The position numbers and the translations under genes were made by a program. Shown in pieces: positions 21,955-31,550 of a stretch of 64,000 bases of DNA; the stretch's first letter is position 1, and every line of letters starts with the position of its first letter. Below the pieces are notes generated by a model, which saw only the letters and a program-made list of their open reading frames with translations, was not told where the DNA came from and made no database searches. Source of the DNA: Nitrospirota bacterium (lineage in GTDB: Bacteria > Nitrospirota > Nitrospiria > Nitrospirales > Nitrospiraceae). Location: contig JAPLLG010000011.1 in the NCBI GenBank assembly GCA_026387665.1, positions 43,396 through 107,395 on the forward strand, read 5' to 3'.

Positions 21955-23577
21955 ATGGCCCACCGACAAAAGGACATGAAGAAGGCAGCCGCCGTCCTCT
22001 TCTTCCTTATTGGAATCAGTTTGCTACAGGCTATTCCCTCGGCCTTCGCGCAAAGTTCGGAAGCGGACGTCTACGTGGCCCAAGCCATTCTCGACTATGA
22101 AGACAAAAAGTACGATGCCGCGCTGGCCCTGCTCCGCGAAGCATTGGCCATCAACCCGGATCACATCGAAGCGCTCTACCAGATGGGCATCGTCCTCACC
22201 AGCCAGGAGCAATATGCCCAGGCCATTGCCGCCTTGAATCACGCCAAACAGCTGGCCCCGAGTGATGCAGCCATCACCTACCAGCTTGGGCTGGCACATT
22301 TCCGGCTCGAACAATACGACCAGGCCAAACCGCTCTTCGAAGACGTCTTCGCCGCGCAACCTGAGACGGAGAACCTCGCCTACTACCTCGGCTTTCTCCG
22401 CTACCGGCAGAAGGAGTATGCCGACGCCGTCACGGCCTTTCGGTTCGGCAGGATCACCGATCCTGAACTCCAGCAACTCGCAAAGTTTTATTCGGGGCTG
22501 GCACTGGCGATCACCGGCCTCCCGGAACAAGCCATCAGTTCGTTGGAAGAGGCCAGCCGCATACGAACCGTCTCTCCGCTGACCGGCACAGCCGACCGGT
22601 TACGCGATACCATCGTCACCGCGCAGGCCCGGGACCGGCGGCTCCACGGCGAACTGCGCATGGGGGCCTACTACGACACCAACGTCTCGGTCAATCCACA
22701 GGGAGGCCAGGCCGTCGATCCCAACTCTCTCAACGATGCCCTGCTTGCCGATCTGCGAAACAGGAAAAGCCATTCACGAGGCGAACTGCTGTCGGCTCGA
22801 GGCGACTATGCCTGGTTCCGGGCTGCAGGGTGGGAATCGACGGTCACCGCATCCTACTTTAAGACCTTCAACAACGACCTGCCGTTCTTCAACATCGAGA
22901 ACATATTAGGCGGAGCCGGGCTGACGCGGTCCGGCACCGTAGGCTCGATGCCGTTTCAACTGGCCGGACAATACACCTACGACTATACAACCTTGAGCGG
23001 CAGCCGCTTCATGAACCGGCATTCCGGCAGCCTCGTCGCCACGCTGGTCGAGAACGACCGCCATCTCACCAGCCTGTTAGGCCGGCTGCAAGTAAAGGAC
23101 TTTTCCGATCTGTTCCTCATCGGAGGCGGCACGAATCCGGACGAGAACCGCGACGCTAAAAACTGGATGGTCGGCGTCACCCACGCTTTCCGGTTCAACA
23201 ACGATCGGCACATCATCCGTCTCGGCTATCAGCACGACATTGAGGATGCCAAGGGCCTCCACTGGTCCTATCACGGACACCGGCTGCTCCTCGGCGCGCA
23301 ATACACGCTACCCTGGTGGGAGATGCGACTGAAGTACGATTTCGACTTCCACTATCGGAAATACCAGAACCCCAACTCCATCTTCCCACCAGACGACCCA
23401 GGCACGGTCAGGCAAGAGGTCTACGAACAAAACCATGTCTTCCGCATCGAACAGCCCCTCCCGCGCAACGTCGTCCTCACCTATGATGTCCAAGCCACCT
23501 TCAGCCGCGCCAACCTCCCCTTCATGTTCAACTACAACCGTCTCGTCAATACCCTCAGTCTGGCTTGGGGATTCTAG
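21955..23577 (+). CDS. TPR-domain outer-membrane beta-barrel protein
   Basis: Signal peptide, N-terminal TPR repeats, alternating beta-strand-like C-terminal half, and a terminal ...LAWGF aromatic residue typical of OMPs. Confidence 0.7.
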   Translation: MAHRQKDMKKAAAVLFFLIGISLLQAIPSAFAQSSEADVYVAQAILDYEDKKYDAALALLREALAINPDHIEALYQMGIVLTSQEQYAQAIAALNHAKQLAPSDAAITYQLGLAHFRLEQYDQAKPLFEDVFAAQPETENLAYYLGFLRYRQKEYADAVTAFRFGRITDPELQQLAKFYSGLALAITGLPEQAISSLEEASRIRTVSPLTGTADRLRDTIVTAQARDRRLHGELRMGAYYDTNVSVNPQGGQAVDPNSLNDALLADLRNRKSHSRGELLSARGDYAWFRAAGWESTVTASYFKTFNNDLPFFNIENILGGAGLTRSGTVGSMPFQLAGQYTYDYTTLSGSRFMNRHSGSLVATLVENDRHLTSLLGRLQVKDFSDLFLIGGGTNPDENRDAKNWMVGVTHAFRFNNDRHIIRLGYQHDIEDAKGLHWSYHGHRLLLGAQYTLPWWEMRLKYDFDFHYRKYQNPNSIFPPDDPGTVRQEVYEQNHVFRIEQPLPRNVVLTYDVQATFSRANLPFMFNYNRLVNTLSLAWGF

Positions 23578-23749
23578 CCGGACGAAGAGATGAGACTCTA
23601 GTTGCATGGATCGGGATAGAGGGACTCAGACTGACAAGGACGGATAGGCTGCCGTAGGGAATAGGAGTAGCGTGATGACTTACTGGCGGGATTGTTGATC
23701 GACAGGAATCCGGCTTCAGGCCATGGGAAGGATGAACACCCTACCGACG

Positions 23750-24985
23750 TCAGCGACGGGAGTGCCGCCTCTCCTGAGCGCGCTGAGAGAAGCTTGAGTT
23801 TGAATTTCCTGATCCACTGCTGCCCCTTTCTGTGGCGGCCTCTGTGAGCAACGGAGCCGGTCCTGCTCCGGACCCTGGCAACAGTGTTTGCGACTGACTC
23901 TGCTGCCGGACAGAAGTAGGAACAAGGGCTGTGGCACTTGCGGCAATCGTACTGCCGGATGAACTCACGAGCGGCGAGGACGCGCTCACAAGAGCGGCAT
24001 CTCCATGCGAACCAGTTTGGCCTGGCGCAGCAGCCGCATTCCCACCAGCGGCCGCCGAGGATGGTTGTTTCGCCTCTCCCTCAGCCGCCTGCGTACTTAC
24101 GCTGAAAGATGCGTTCGCGAGAGCGGCATCTCCATGCGAACCAATTTGGCCTGGCGCAGCCGCCGCATTCCCGTCAGCCTTCGCCGTGGATGATTGCTTA
24201 GCCTCTCCCTCAGTCGCCTGTGCGCCCACGCTATTGGGAGCGAGCACCTTCGCAAGCGCCATCGCCTTCGACATCTCTCGTTTCGCCGTTTTCTTTCTGT
24301 TGTTGTCATCCGACGAATCCATCGGTTGCAGGGGCACATGGAATCTGCCGGCGAGGCTGGCGGCCTTTGTCTGTGAAATCGGTTCTACCGCCCCCATCTG
24401 CAGCCCGGAGACCCGCACTGCCTCGAAGGCATGAACGATTTTACTCCCCGAGCAGCCCGCGGCGGCGCAGGACACTTCGACCGACCCTTTCAGCACGGAG
24501 AACGTGCTGACCGATTGCTCACCGCCGGACCCGCCCGCAGCAGCAACAGGAGACTCCACCTCCACCAGCAGAACCGTGCCTCGAACAGCCGCGATCGCAT
24601 TCGGCGTCCGAACATCCACCTGCTCGCCCGGCTTCATGCGCTGACGCGCCACGGCCAGCGTCACGCTTCCGCTCGCGAGGTTCACGGTGGATCGATTCGG
24701 CTCTTCGGTGATGGTGAAGTTCGAGAACTCGCGAATCGTGATCAGCGCCTTGCCACCCAATAACACCCGGACGATCGAGTCCGCGGCGGTGCTGATCATA
24801 TCCCCGGCATACACCGGGTCCTTAAACTGAAGGCGGGACGGTTCGGCAGCCGCCAGCCGAACCACTGAAGCGACTCCGGCCAGGTTCGTCACCACTCCAG
24901 CCGGTTGCGGGGGCGACGCAACTTGGGCGAGCGTCAACGCCGGGCAAAAGATCGCCAACACGAACAATGCGACGATAATCTGCAT
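23750..24985 (-). CDS. FecR-domain secreted protein with Ala/Gly-rich repeat tail
   Basis: Signal peptide from ATG 24985 and a FecR-like core (GD.I.T...S.V.L.L..G..L...). The C-terminus contains a 43-aa tandem duplication. Confidence 0.7.
   Translation of the reverse strand: MQIIVALFVLAIFCPALTLAQVASPPQPAGVVTNLAGVASVVRLAAAEPSRLQFKDPVYAGDMISTAADSIVRVLLGGKALITIREFSNFTITEEPNRSTVNLASGSVTLAVARQRMKPGEQVDVRTPNAIAAVRGTVLLVEVESPVAAAGGSGGEQSVSTFSVLKGSVEVSCAAAGCSGSKIVHAFEAVRVSGLQMGAVEPISQTKAASLAGRFHVPLQPMDSSDDNNRKKTAKREMSKAMALAKVLAPNSVGAQATEGEAKQSSTAKADGNAAAAPGQIGSHGDAALANASFSVSTQAAEGEAKQPSSAAAGGNAAAAPGQTGSHGDAALVSASSPLVSSSGSTIAASATALVPTSVRQQSQSQTLLPGSGAGPAPLLTEAATERGSSGSGNSNSSFSQRAQERRHSRR
23991..24248. 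repeat. 2 x 129-bp in-frame tandem repeat inside the FecR-like gene
   Basis: The AGAGCGGCATCTCCATGCGAACCA... unit starts at 23991 and again at 24120. It encodes ...EGEAKQ.S.A...GNAAAAPGQ.GSHGDAAL... twice. Confidence 0.8.
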
Positions 24986-25068
24986 AGGCCCTTCCTGCGT
25001 CACCCCTGTAACCCAAACGTGCCAGCGGCAATGTGCCGCGAATCCTCTACGATAGTGCATGGACAGAC

Positions 25069-27261
25069 TCACTCGACACCGACCTGTTCGAGTTTTTCCC
25101 TCTGCCCATCGAGGAAATTCTGCAGCACCAGACGATCGGCATCGCTCATCTCCTGGAAGGAGAATCCCGCGCGATCGGACGTGGCCCAGACGACGGTCCC
25201 ACTCGCGCGAACCGGCAATTGTTCACCGGGAAGTCCCAGCCTGAGCTGCGCCGACTTTCCGACAGCAAGCGATTGCGCCAGCTGCGACACGGCCAGGCCT
25301 CCGATGCTGAGATCTCGCACCTTCACATGGGCCTGAAACCCGTTCGACACATAGGCCTCGCCATTGAGAGGCACTCGCAGAAACTTGCGTTGATTGGCCG
25401 CCTGCACCGCCGAAGGCCGATCCTCGATGGCGCCGAACACACGATACACCATCACGCTGCTCGATTTCCCCTTCAGGCTCAACGTCCCGACTCGGTCCAT
25501 CCAGAACTTCCCGCCAAGCAACTCGGCCGTGGACTCGCCGATCAGAATGCGGCAGGGATTGTGTGCCAGATCATCCTGGCCCAATTCCTTCTCGAAGCTC
25601 TCCAGATGAGACGCCGTATTGACGGTATGGCCCACCGTCGTAAATTTCAGCCGCTGGGCGCTCCCGACACAACCTGCCACCACGTCGCCGGTGTAAATAC
25701 CGATGCGCATCCCGACCGACGGAAGGCCTTGCGAGGACCAGACCCCGTTCAATCGCCGCAGCTCCGTTCCCATGGCCAAGGCGCACTCGACCGCGCTCGC
25801 CGCATCTCGCGTGATCCCTTCGGCAGAGGCTTGCGCAAAGGGCACGCCGAAATTCGCCTTGATCGCATCCCCGTAATAGTCATCCACCACGCCGCCATGC
25901 TTCATGACCACTTGCGCCATGAGGTCCATATAGTCGTTGAGCCACCCCATCAACGCCTGAGCGTCCAGCTGTTCAGCAACCGGCGTAAAGTCTTTCAGAT
26001 CGGAAAACAGGACCGTGGCGGTCGCCTTCTGTGAGCGCAGACGCCCCCCCTCCAGAAAGTCTTCGCGCTGCCGCCAAATGGTCTCCGCGATTTCCGGAGA
26101 CACATGTTTCGAAAACAACTGCATCAGCAGGGCGCGCTGCTGTTGTTCCTTCACGAAATTTTCAATCACCGTGGCCCCGTACCCAGCGAGGAGCGCCAAA
26201 GGCACAGGCAGCAACTCCATCACACGGTAGTCCCACAGGAATACGGCCACCACCACGCCGCCATGGGCCAATCCGATTCCGATATTCGCCCCCAGCCCAG
26301 CCAGCGGCCGCAGCCGGTTCGTCAGCCAGACCGCTGTCACACCGGCGAGCAGCGCGCAGAGCACGGCAAGCGCGCGAGGAGCCCTTGTCAGAGGATCGCC
26401 AGCCAAGAGGTTGTCCAGCACATTGGCTTGGATCTCCACTCCTGCCATCTCTCCGCTGGGAAAAACAGGAGTCGGATACACATCGTGCAAGACGGGACTG
26501 GTCGCGCCGATCAACACGATCTTCCCCGTGAAGACTTCCGGTGAAACTTCGCCGTTGAGCACCTGATAATAGGGAATGGTCTGAAAGGTCTTCGGTCCGC
26601 CGCGATAGTTGATCAAGAATGGAACGGTGGCCGAGGGTACGTTCGTGATTCCCTGTGAGAAAGCCGCCTGGGCCACAGCCAAGGCAAAGCCGGGAATCTC
26701 CTGCCCCTGAAACATTCGGCTGGCCTCAGCCGAACGGACGGCGGCATCGTTGTCGAGGACAAGGTTGACGAAGCCGAACCCCGCAGCCTGCTGCCGGATC
26801 GCGGAGGTCGGCGCATTCAGGTCTTCTTTGAGGTACCGGCCATCCTGGACGGTGGTCAGCGCAGCAGCCAGAACCACAGGGCCGGCTCGCTCGACTGCTT
26901 CGGCCAGGGCTCTATCGTCTTCCGGCCCTCTGGCAGAGGGCTCTGGAAACAGGATGTCGAATCCCACAACAGCGGGATGGCCTTGGCTGATTCGATCGAG
27001 CAGTTCCCCGTGCAGAGCGCGAGGCCAGGGCCAGGCGAGGTTCAGCTCATCGAACGAATCTTCCGCGATGGACACGATCAGGACCGATGTATGGGGAAGG
27101 CTTGCGCCTCGCAGGGCAAATAGTTCGTTCAAGCTCCACCGTTCACCAGGCTCGAGCAGGCCCAGAAACGCACAGAGGAGCACAACGCAGCCGACCAGCA
27201 GGCCTCGCATGGCCTGTCCGACGATAGGAGGGAGTTGCTTGAATAACGCCATGATGCCCAT
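25069..27261 (-). CDS. CHASE2 sensor - class III adenylate/guanylate cyclase - PilZ fusion protein
   Basis: 730 aa. N-terminal CHASE2-like periplasmic region plus TM helices, cyclase core (ATVLFSDLKDF...GD.....G), and C-terminal PilZ motifs RKFLR ... DLSIGG. Confidence 0.8.
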   Translation of the reverse strand: MGIMALFKQLPPIVGQAMRGLLVGCVVLLCAFLGLLEPGERWSLNELFALRGASLPHTSVLIVSIAEDSFDELNLAWPWPRALHGELLDRISQGHPAVVGFDILFPEPSARGPEDDRALAEAVERAGPVVLAAALTTVQDGRYLKEDLNAPTSAIRQQAAGFGFVNLVLDNDAAVRSAEASRMFQGQEIPGFALAVAQAAFSQGITNVPSATVPFLINYRGGPKTFQTIPYYQVLNGEVSPEVFTGKIVLIGATSPVLHDVYPTPVFPSGEMAGVEIQANVLDNLLAGDPLTRAPRALAVLCALLAGVTAVWLTNRLRPLAGLGANIGIGLAHGGVVVAVFLWDYRVMELLPVPLALLAGYGATVIENFVKEQQQRALLMQLFSKHVSPEIAETIWRQREDFLEGGRLRSQKATATVLFSDLKDFTPVAEQLDAQALMGWLNDYMDLMAQVVMKHGGVVDDYYGDAIKANFGVPFAQASAEGITRDAASAVECALAMGTELRRLNGVWSSQGLPSVGMRIGIYTGDVVAGCVGSAQRLKFTTVGHTVNTASHLESFEKELGQDDLAHNPCRILIGESTAELLGGKFWMDRVGTLSLKGKSSSVMVYRVFGAIEDRPSAVQAANQRKFLRVPLNGEAYVSNGFQAHVKVRDLSIGGLAVSQLAQSLAVGKSAQLRLGLPGEQLPVRASGTVVWATSDRAGFSFQEMSDADRLVLQNFLDGQREKLEQVGVE

Positions 27262-27403
27262 ATGCCAAATGGCCGAACGAGCGAAATCACGCTCAATGGC
27301 GCTGAGTCTACACGCTCAGATCTCGCCTGGCCAGCACCCCATTGAGGTTACTACGTACTACGTATGCGGTCCGGGCTGATGTCCGCGCGGACTTGCTAGC
27401 CCG

Positions 27404-29113
27404 CTAGCCCGCCGCCTTCATGGCGCGCAGGGTCGCCTTGAAGTGAAGCGAGGTCTTGGGACTGTCGAAGAAGGAGCGGAAGATGTCATGCACAAGGGTC
27501 CGATGGGCCACATGGTCGGCTTGAAACTGTTTCAGCGCCGTCGGCCGATCGGCTCCGTCATAGCCCATACGAATCGCGCAACGTTCAAGCTCGTCTTCCT
27601 CGTCCGGCAACGCGTGGGTCTGTAAGTCGTGCACCATCTGCAGCTTATGTTCCAGATCGCGCAGAAACACATAGGCCGCCGTCAGCGCATCCCGCTCCTT
27701 ACCGGAAATCAGCTTGAGCGGAACGAATCGCGTGAGCGCGCCCAGCGTACTGCGGTCGAGAAGCGCAGGAATGCGCTGGCCTCCCAACACTTGAATCGTC
27801 TGGACGAAAAACTCGATCTCCCTGATCCCCCCGACCCCCAGCTTCACATTGCGCCGCTCCTGTCCTCGCTCCGCCATCTTCGCATCGATCTGTTCCTTGA
27901 CCGACCGGACCTCCTGCACGACCGCAAGCCCCTCTTCGAGATCAGACCCTTTCGACGAGGGAAACAGGACAAAGGGCCGCACCTTCTTGATGAAGGTCTT
28001 TCCGACCTTCATGGAGCCAGCCACAGGCCAGGCCTTCAAGAGGGCCAGTCGTTCCCACACCTGCCCTCTGGTCCGATAGTATTTGGCATAAGCATCGAGC
28101 GTACGAGTCAGCTGCCCCACAGAACCTTCCGCCCGCAAGCGGAGGTCCACTCGATAGACATACCCCTCATGGGTCTGCTCGGTCAGCACCTTCGTCAACT
28201 CCCGCGCGAGCCGTTCAAAATATTCTTCATTGGAAATCCCGCGCGGCACAGGCCCCTTCGCCTTCGCCCGTCCGGACTTCACAGGCCTGGTCTCCCCCTC
28301 ATGGGATTCGCAGACATAGAGCAGGTCCACATCGGAACTGTAATTCAACTCATGGCCACCCAGCTTCCCCATCCCGATGACGGTAAAGCCGGTCTCCACC
28401 CACCGCCCCTGCCGGTTCTTGTGCATGGGAATGCCGTACTGAGCCCGCAAGTCTGTATCCACGATGCGACAGGCCTCGTCGATCAGGATCGACGCCAGGT
28501 CCGAGAGGGAGGCAGTGGTTTCCACCACATCCGCCAGACGAAGCAGATCCCGCACCCCGATACGCAGCATCTCACGACGGCGGAACCGCCTGAGCCCGTC
28601 CAACTTGAGTTCCGTGGCGGTCACCAGCCCGACCTGTTGCCGGACCGCCCGCTCCATCCCGACCCTCGTTGGCGCGCTGGACAAGACATGCTGTTCGGCC
28701 AGCCAGTAGATCAGCAGAGGATCGCGGACGAGGGTAAAGGCGAGGGAGTCGCTGTTCCCGAAGATTGAACAGACCAGATCCAACATGCGGGGAGAGCTGC
28801 GCAGATATTCCAGAATGGCCGACCGGCTGACTCCGCTGGCGAGCCACCGTTCCCAATGGTTCAAGGCCTGATCGGGATCGGCGGTCTTCCCGACTGCCTC
28901 AAGCAACAGAGGCAGGATCTCCGCTAACTGTCGCCGCTGGTGCGGATCGCCGGCCATCGACTGCAGATTCGCATCGGCGTCCTGAATGCGACTGAGCCCG
29001 TAGGATCGCAGGATCGATTCAACCTGGCCTTGGTCCAGCCCGGAAGCCAAGATAATAGGAGTGGGATCAGGCAGAGCCGCACGCTTCACCGGCTTGTTGA
29101 GACGATCTGCCAT
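27404..29113 (-). CDS. glnE: GlnE-type nucleotidyltransferase (single-domain glutamine synthetase adenylyl-transferase/removase homologue)
   Basis: 569 aa. GMGKLGGHELNYSSDVDLLYV nucleotidyltransferase motif plus a GlnE-like helical region. Only one NT domain, versus two in E. coli GlnE. Confidence 0.75.
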   Translation of the reverse strand: MADRLNKPVKRAALPDPTPIILASGLDQGQVESILRSYGLSRIQDADANLQSMAGDPHQRRQLAEILPLLLEAVGKTADPDQALNHWERWLASGVSRSAILEYLRSSPRMLDLVCSIFGNSDSLAFTLVRDPLLIYWLAEQHVLSSAPTRVGMERAVRQQVGLVTATELKLDGLRRFRRREMLRIGVRDLLRLADVVETTASLSDLASILIDEACRIVDTDLRAQYGIPMHKNRQGRWVETGFTVIGMGKLGGHELNYSSDVDLLYVCESHEGETRPVKSGRAKAKGPVPRGISNEEYFERLARELTKVLTEQTHEGYVYRVDLRLRAEGSVGQLTRTLDAYAKYYRTRGQVWERLALLKAWPVAGSMKVGKTFIKKVRPFVLFPSSKGSDLEEGLAVVQEVRSVKEQIDAKMAERGQERRNVKLGVGGIREIEFFVQTIQVLGGQRIPALLDRSTLGALTRFVPLKLISGKERDALTAAYVFLRDLEHKLQMVHDLQTHALPDEEDELERCAIRMGYDGADRPTALKQFQADHVAHRTLVHDIFRSFFDSPKTSLHFKATLRAMKAAG

Positions 29114-29178
29114 AGGCGGGCATTATAGCGGCCCCCCCGCACTCACACAATGAAGCAGGCTTGGGCTATACTCGACGC

Positions 29179-31449
29179 ATGGCGGACAAGCCGGACACGA
29201 GAGAATCCCTGATCGCGACCTTGGCCCCCCTCTGTCCCACGGTCGAGGAGGAGGTCCTCCGGGACTTCGTGTCACGGATGGACGCCGAATACTTCGAACG
29301 GTTCCCCGCCAAAACCATTGCACACCACATCCAGCTGACCAGCCGACTGACACAGGACCATCCCTGTGAACTGTCGGTGCGCCCTGGGCGGGATCAGCAT
29401 ATCGAGTTGAGCATCGTCGCCTACGACTACTTCTCCGAGTTCGCCACGATCTGCGGCCTGCTCTCTGCCTTCGGCCTGAACATCGAAGAGGGGCGCATTT
29501 ATACGTTTGCCGACGCGGCAGCCCATCCAACCAGGCTGGCCACAGCCGGGCCAGCGAAACGGTCCAAGAGCCGCCCCAGCCTGAGCCGCAAGAAGATCGT
29601 GGATGTCTTCCTCGTGTATCCGGTGAGTGGCGAACGATTTGCTGCGCCGGAACAGCAGGCCCTCACAGAGGCCCTGACCCACATGATGCAGCTGCTGGAG
29701 GTAGGGCAGTTCGACGAGGCCCGCCAATATGTCAATCGCAGGCTCGTCGAACGGTTAGGCCGGCAGCGAAGTGCCTTCACCGGCCTGCTCCATACAGTCC
29801 AGATCACCTTCGACAACAGTCAATCGCCGACCGATACGGTCATGGACATCCGATCGGAGGATACCCCGGCTTTCCTCTATGCCTTCGCCAATGCCCTGGC
29901 CATGAGGAACATCTATATCGCCAAGGCCCAGTTCGAAAGCGACGGAACCAAGCTCCACGATCGCTTTCATGTCAGGAACCGCTATGGGCAGAAACTGCTC
30001 GACCCAGCCGATCAGCAGCAACTGCGCCTGACCGCCGTCCTCATCAAACAATTCACCCATGCGCTCACCTGGGCTCCCGATCCTGGCAAGGCCCTCGAAT
30101 CCTTCGACCAATTTCTGGATCTCATCGTCGCCGACACAGGCAAGAAGGGCAAACAGGAGGCGCTCGACTTCATCAGCGACAAGAAAACCTTCCCCTTGCT
30201 CGCGCGACTGCTCGGCGCCAGCGACTATTTATGGGAAGACTTTCTCCGCCGCCAACATGGCAACCTGCTCCCCTTGCTCACGGAATACCGCGATGCGCCC
30301 CTCATCAAGCCGCAGCCAACCCTCAGGAAAGAACTCAACCGGCTGATCGCTCGCGCCAAAACGGACGAGGCGCGCAAGGAAGCCCTGAACCGGTTTAAGG
30401 ATCGGGAGCTCTTCCGGATCGACATGAAACATATCGTCGAACCCTCCAGCAATCTTCCAGACTTTTCGCTCGCCCTCACGGAACTGGCAGAAGTCATCAT
30501 GGAACGGAGCGTCGCAGACTGTCGAGCCAAGCTGGAGAAGGCCTATGGAAGCCCCAGGCTGGCCAACAAGAAACCCTGCCCCTTTGCCGTCCTCGGCCTG
30601 GGAAAACTCGGAGGGCGCGAGCTCGGCTACGCCTCGGACATCGAGGTGCTCTTCGTCTACGGGGGATCGGGCAAGACCAACGGGAGAAAGGGTATTGAAA
30701 ACAGCGAATTCTTTGAACGGCTGGCACAGGAACTCCTGGGCTGGATCGAAACCAAACAGGAAGGCATCTTTCACCTCGATGTGCGATTGCGCCCTCATGG
30801 AGGCAAGGGCTCCCTGGCCAATGCCTTCGAGGAGGTCTGCCGCTACTACAGTCCGACCGGACTCGCCGCCCCCTACGAGCGGCAGGCCTTGATCAAGCTG
30901 CGGCATATCGCAGGCGATGCTGCATTGGGCCATCGACTGGAGGCATACCGGGATTCTTTCGTCTATGGCGGAGCCCCCTGGGACATCCCCACGGCACTGG
31001 ACCTCCGGAAGCAACAACTCCGACAACTGGTCGCGCCAGGCAAGATCAACGTGAAGTACAGCCAGGGCGGAGTCATCGACATCGAATATGCAGTGCAGTA
31101 TCTCCAAGTGATACATGGCCACAAACGCCCAAGTCTCCGCACCCCGAACACCCTGCAGGCCCTCGCAGCCCTGGTGGAAGCAGGACTGGTCAATCGCGCC
31201 GATGGGGAGAGCCTCCGGAAAGCCTACGTCTTCACGAGAACGTTGATCGACGGATTGCGTATGGTACGGGGCAACGCCAAGGATCTGGTGCTTCCTCCGC
31301 CTGACTCAGAAGAGTTCATCTTTCTAGCCCGCCGCGTCGGCTACACCACCGACGACTGGCAGGCAGGAGCGAGACATTTACAGTCAGATATTGAGCAGCA
31401 CATGAAGCTGACCCAAGCCTTCTTCGAACGGACGTTCGGAATGCTGTAA
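29179..31449 (+). CDS. glnE: ACT-like domain + GlnE-type nucleotidyltransferase
   Basis: About 756 aa from ATG 29179. The N-terminus resembles GlnD-type ACT domains (IELSIVAYDYFSEFATICGLLSAFGLNIEEGRIYTF). This is followed by GLGKLGGRELGYASDIEVLFVY and a GlnE C-terminal region. Confidence 0.75.
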   Translation: MADKPDTRESLIATLAPLCPTVEEEVLRDFVSRMDAEYFERFPAKTIAHHIQLTSRLTQDHPCELSVRPGRDQHIELSIVAYDYFSEFATICGLLSAFGLNIEEGRIYTFADAAAHPTRLATAGPAKRSKSRPSLSRKKIVDVFLVYPVSGERFAAPEQQALTEALTHMMQLLEVGQFDEARQYVNRRLVERLGRQRSAFTGLLHTVQITFDNSQSPTDTVMDIRSEDTPAFLYAFANALAMRNIYIAKAQFESDGTKLHDRFHVRNRYGQKLLDPADQQQLRLTAVLIKQFTHALTWAPDPGKALESFDQFLDLIVADTGKKGKQEALDFISDKKTFPLLARLLGASDYLWEDFLRRQHGNLLPLLTEYRDAPLIKPQPTLRKELNRLIARAKTDEARKEALNRFKDRELFRIDMKHIVEPSSNLPDFSLALTELAEVIMERSVADCRAKLEKAYGSPRLANKKPCPFAVLGLGKLGGRELGYASDIEVLFVYGGSGKTNGRKGIENSEFFERLAQELLGWIETKQEGIFHLDVRLRPHGGKGSLANAFEEVCRYYSPTGLAAPYERQALIKLRHIAGDAALGHRLEAYRDSFVYGGAPWDIPTALDLRKQQLRQLVAPGKINVKYSQGGVIDIEYAVQYLQVIHGHKRPSLRTPNTLQALAALVEAGLVNRADGESLRKAYVFTRTLIDGLRMVRGNAKDLVLPPPDSEEFIFLARRVGYTTDDWQAGARHLQSDIEQHMKLTQAFFERTFGML

Positions 31450-31466
31450 ACAGCCTAACCGACTCG

Positions 31467-31494
31467 GGTTTTCCTCTTGAGCTATAGGAAAACC
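31467..31494 (+). terminator. candidate terminator hairpin after the glnE-like gene
   Basis: GGTTTTCCT-cttgagctat-AGGAAAACC followed by TTCTAT (weak U tract). Confidence 0.4.
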
Positions 31495-31550
31495 TTCTAT
31501 AACTCACAGGAATGGGCTATCATGAGGTATACAAGAGGGCCGTATCACTC

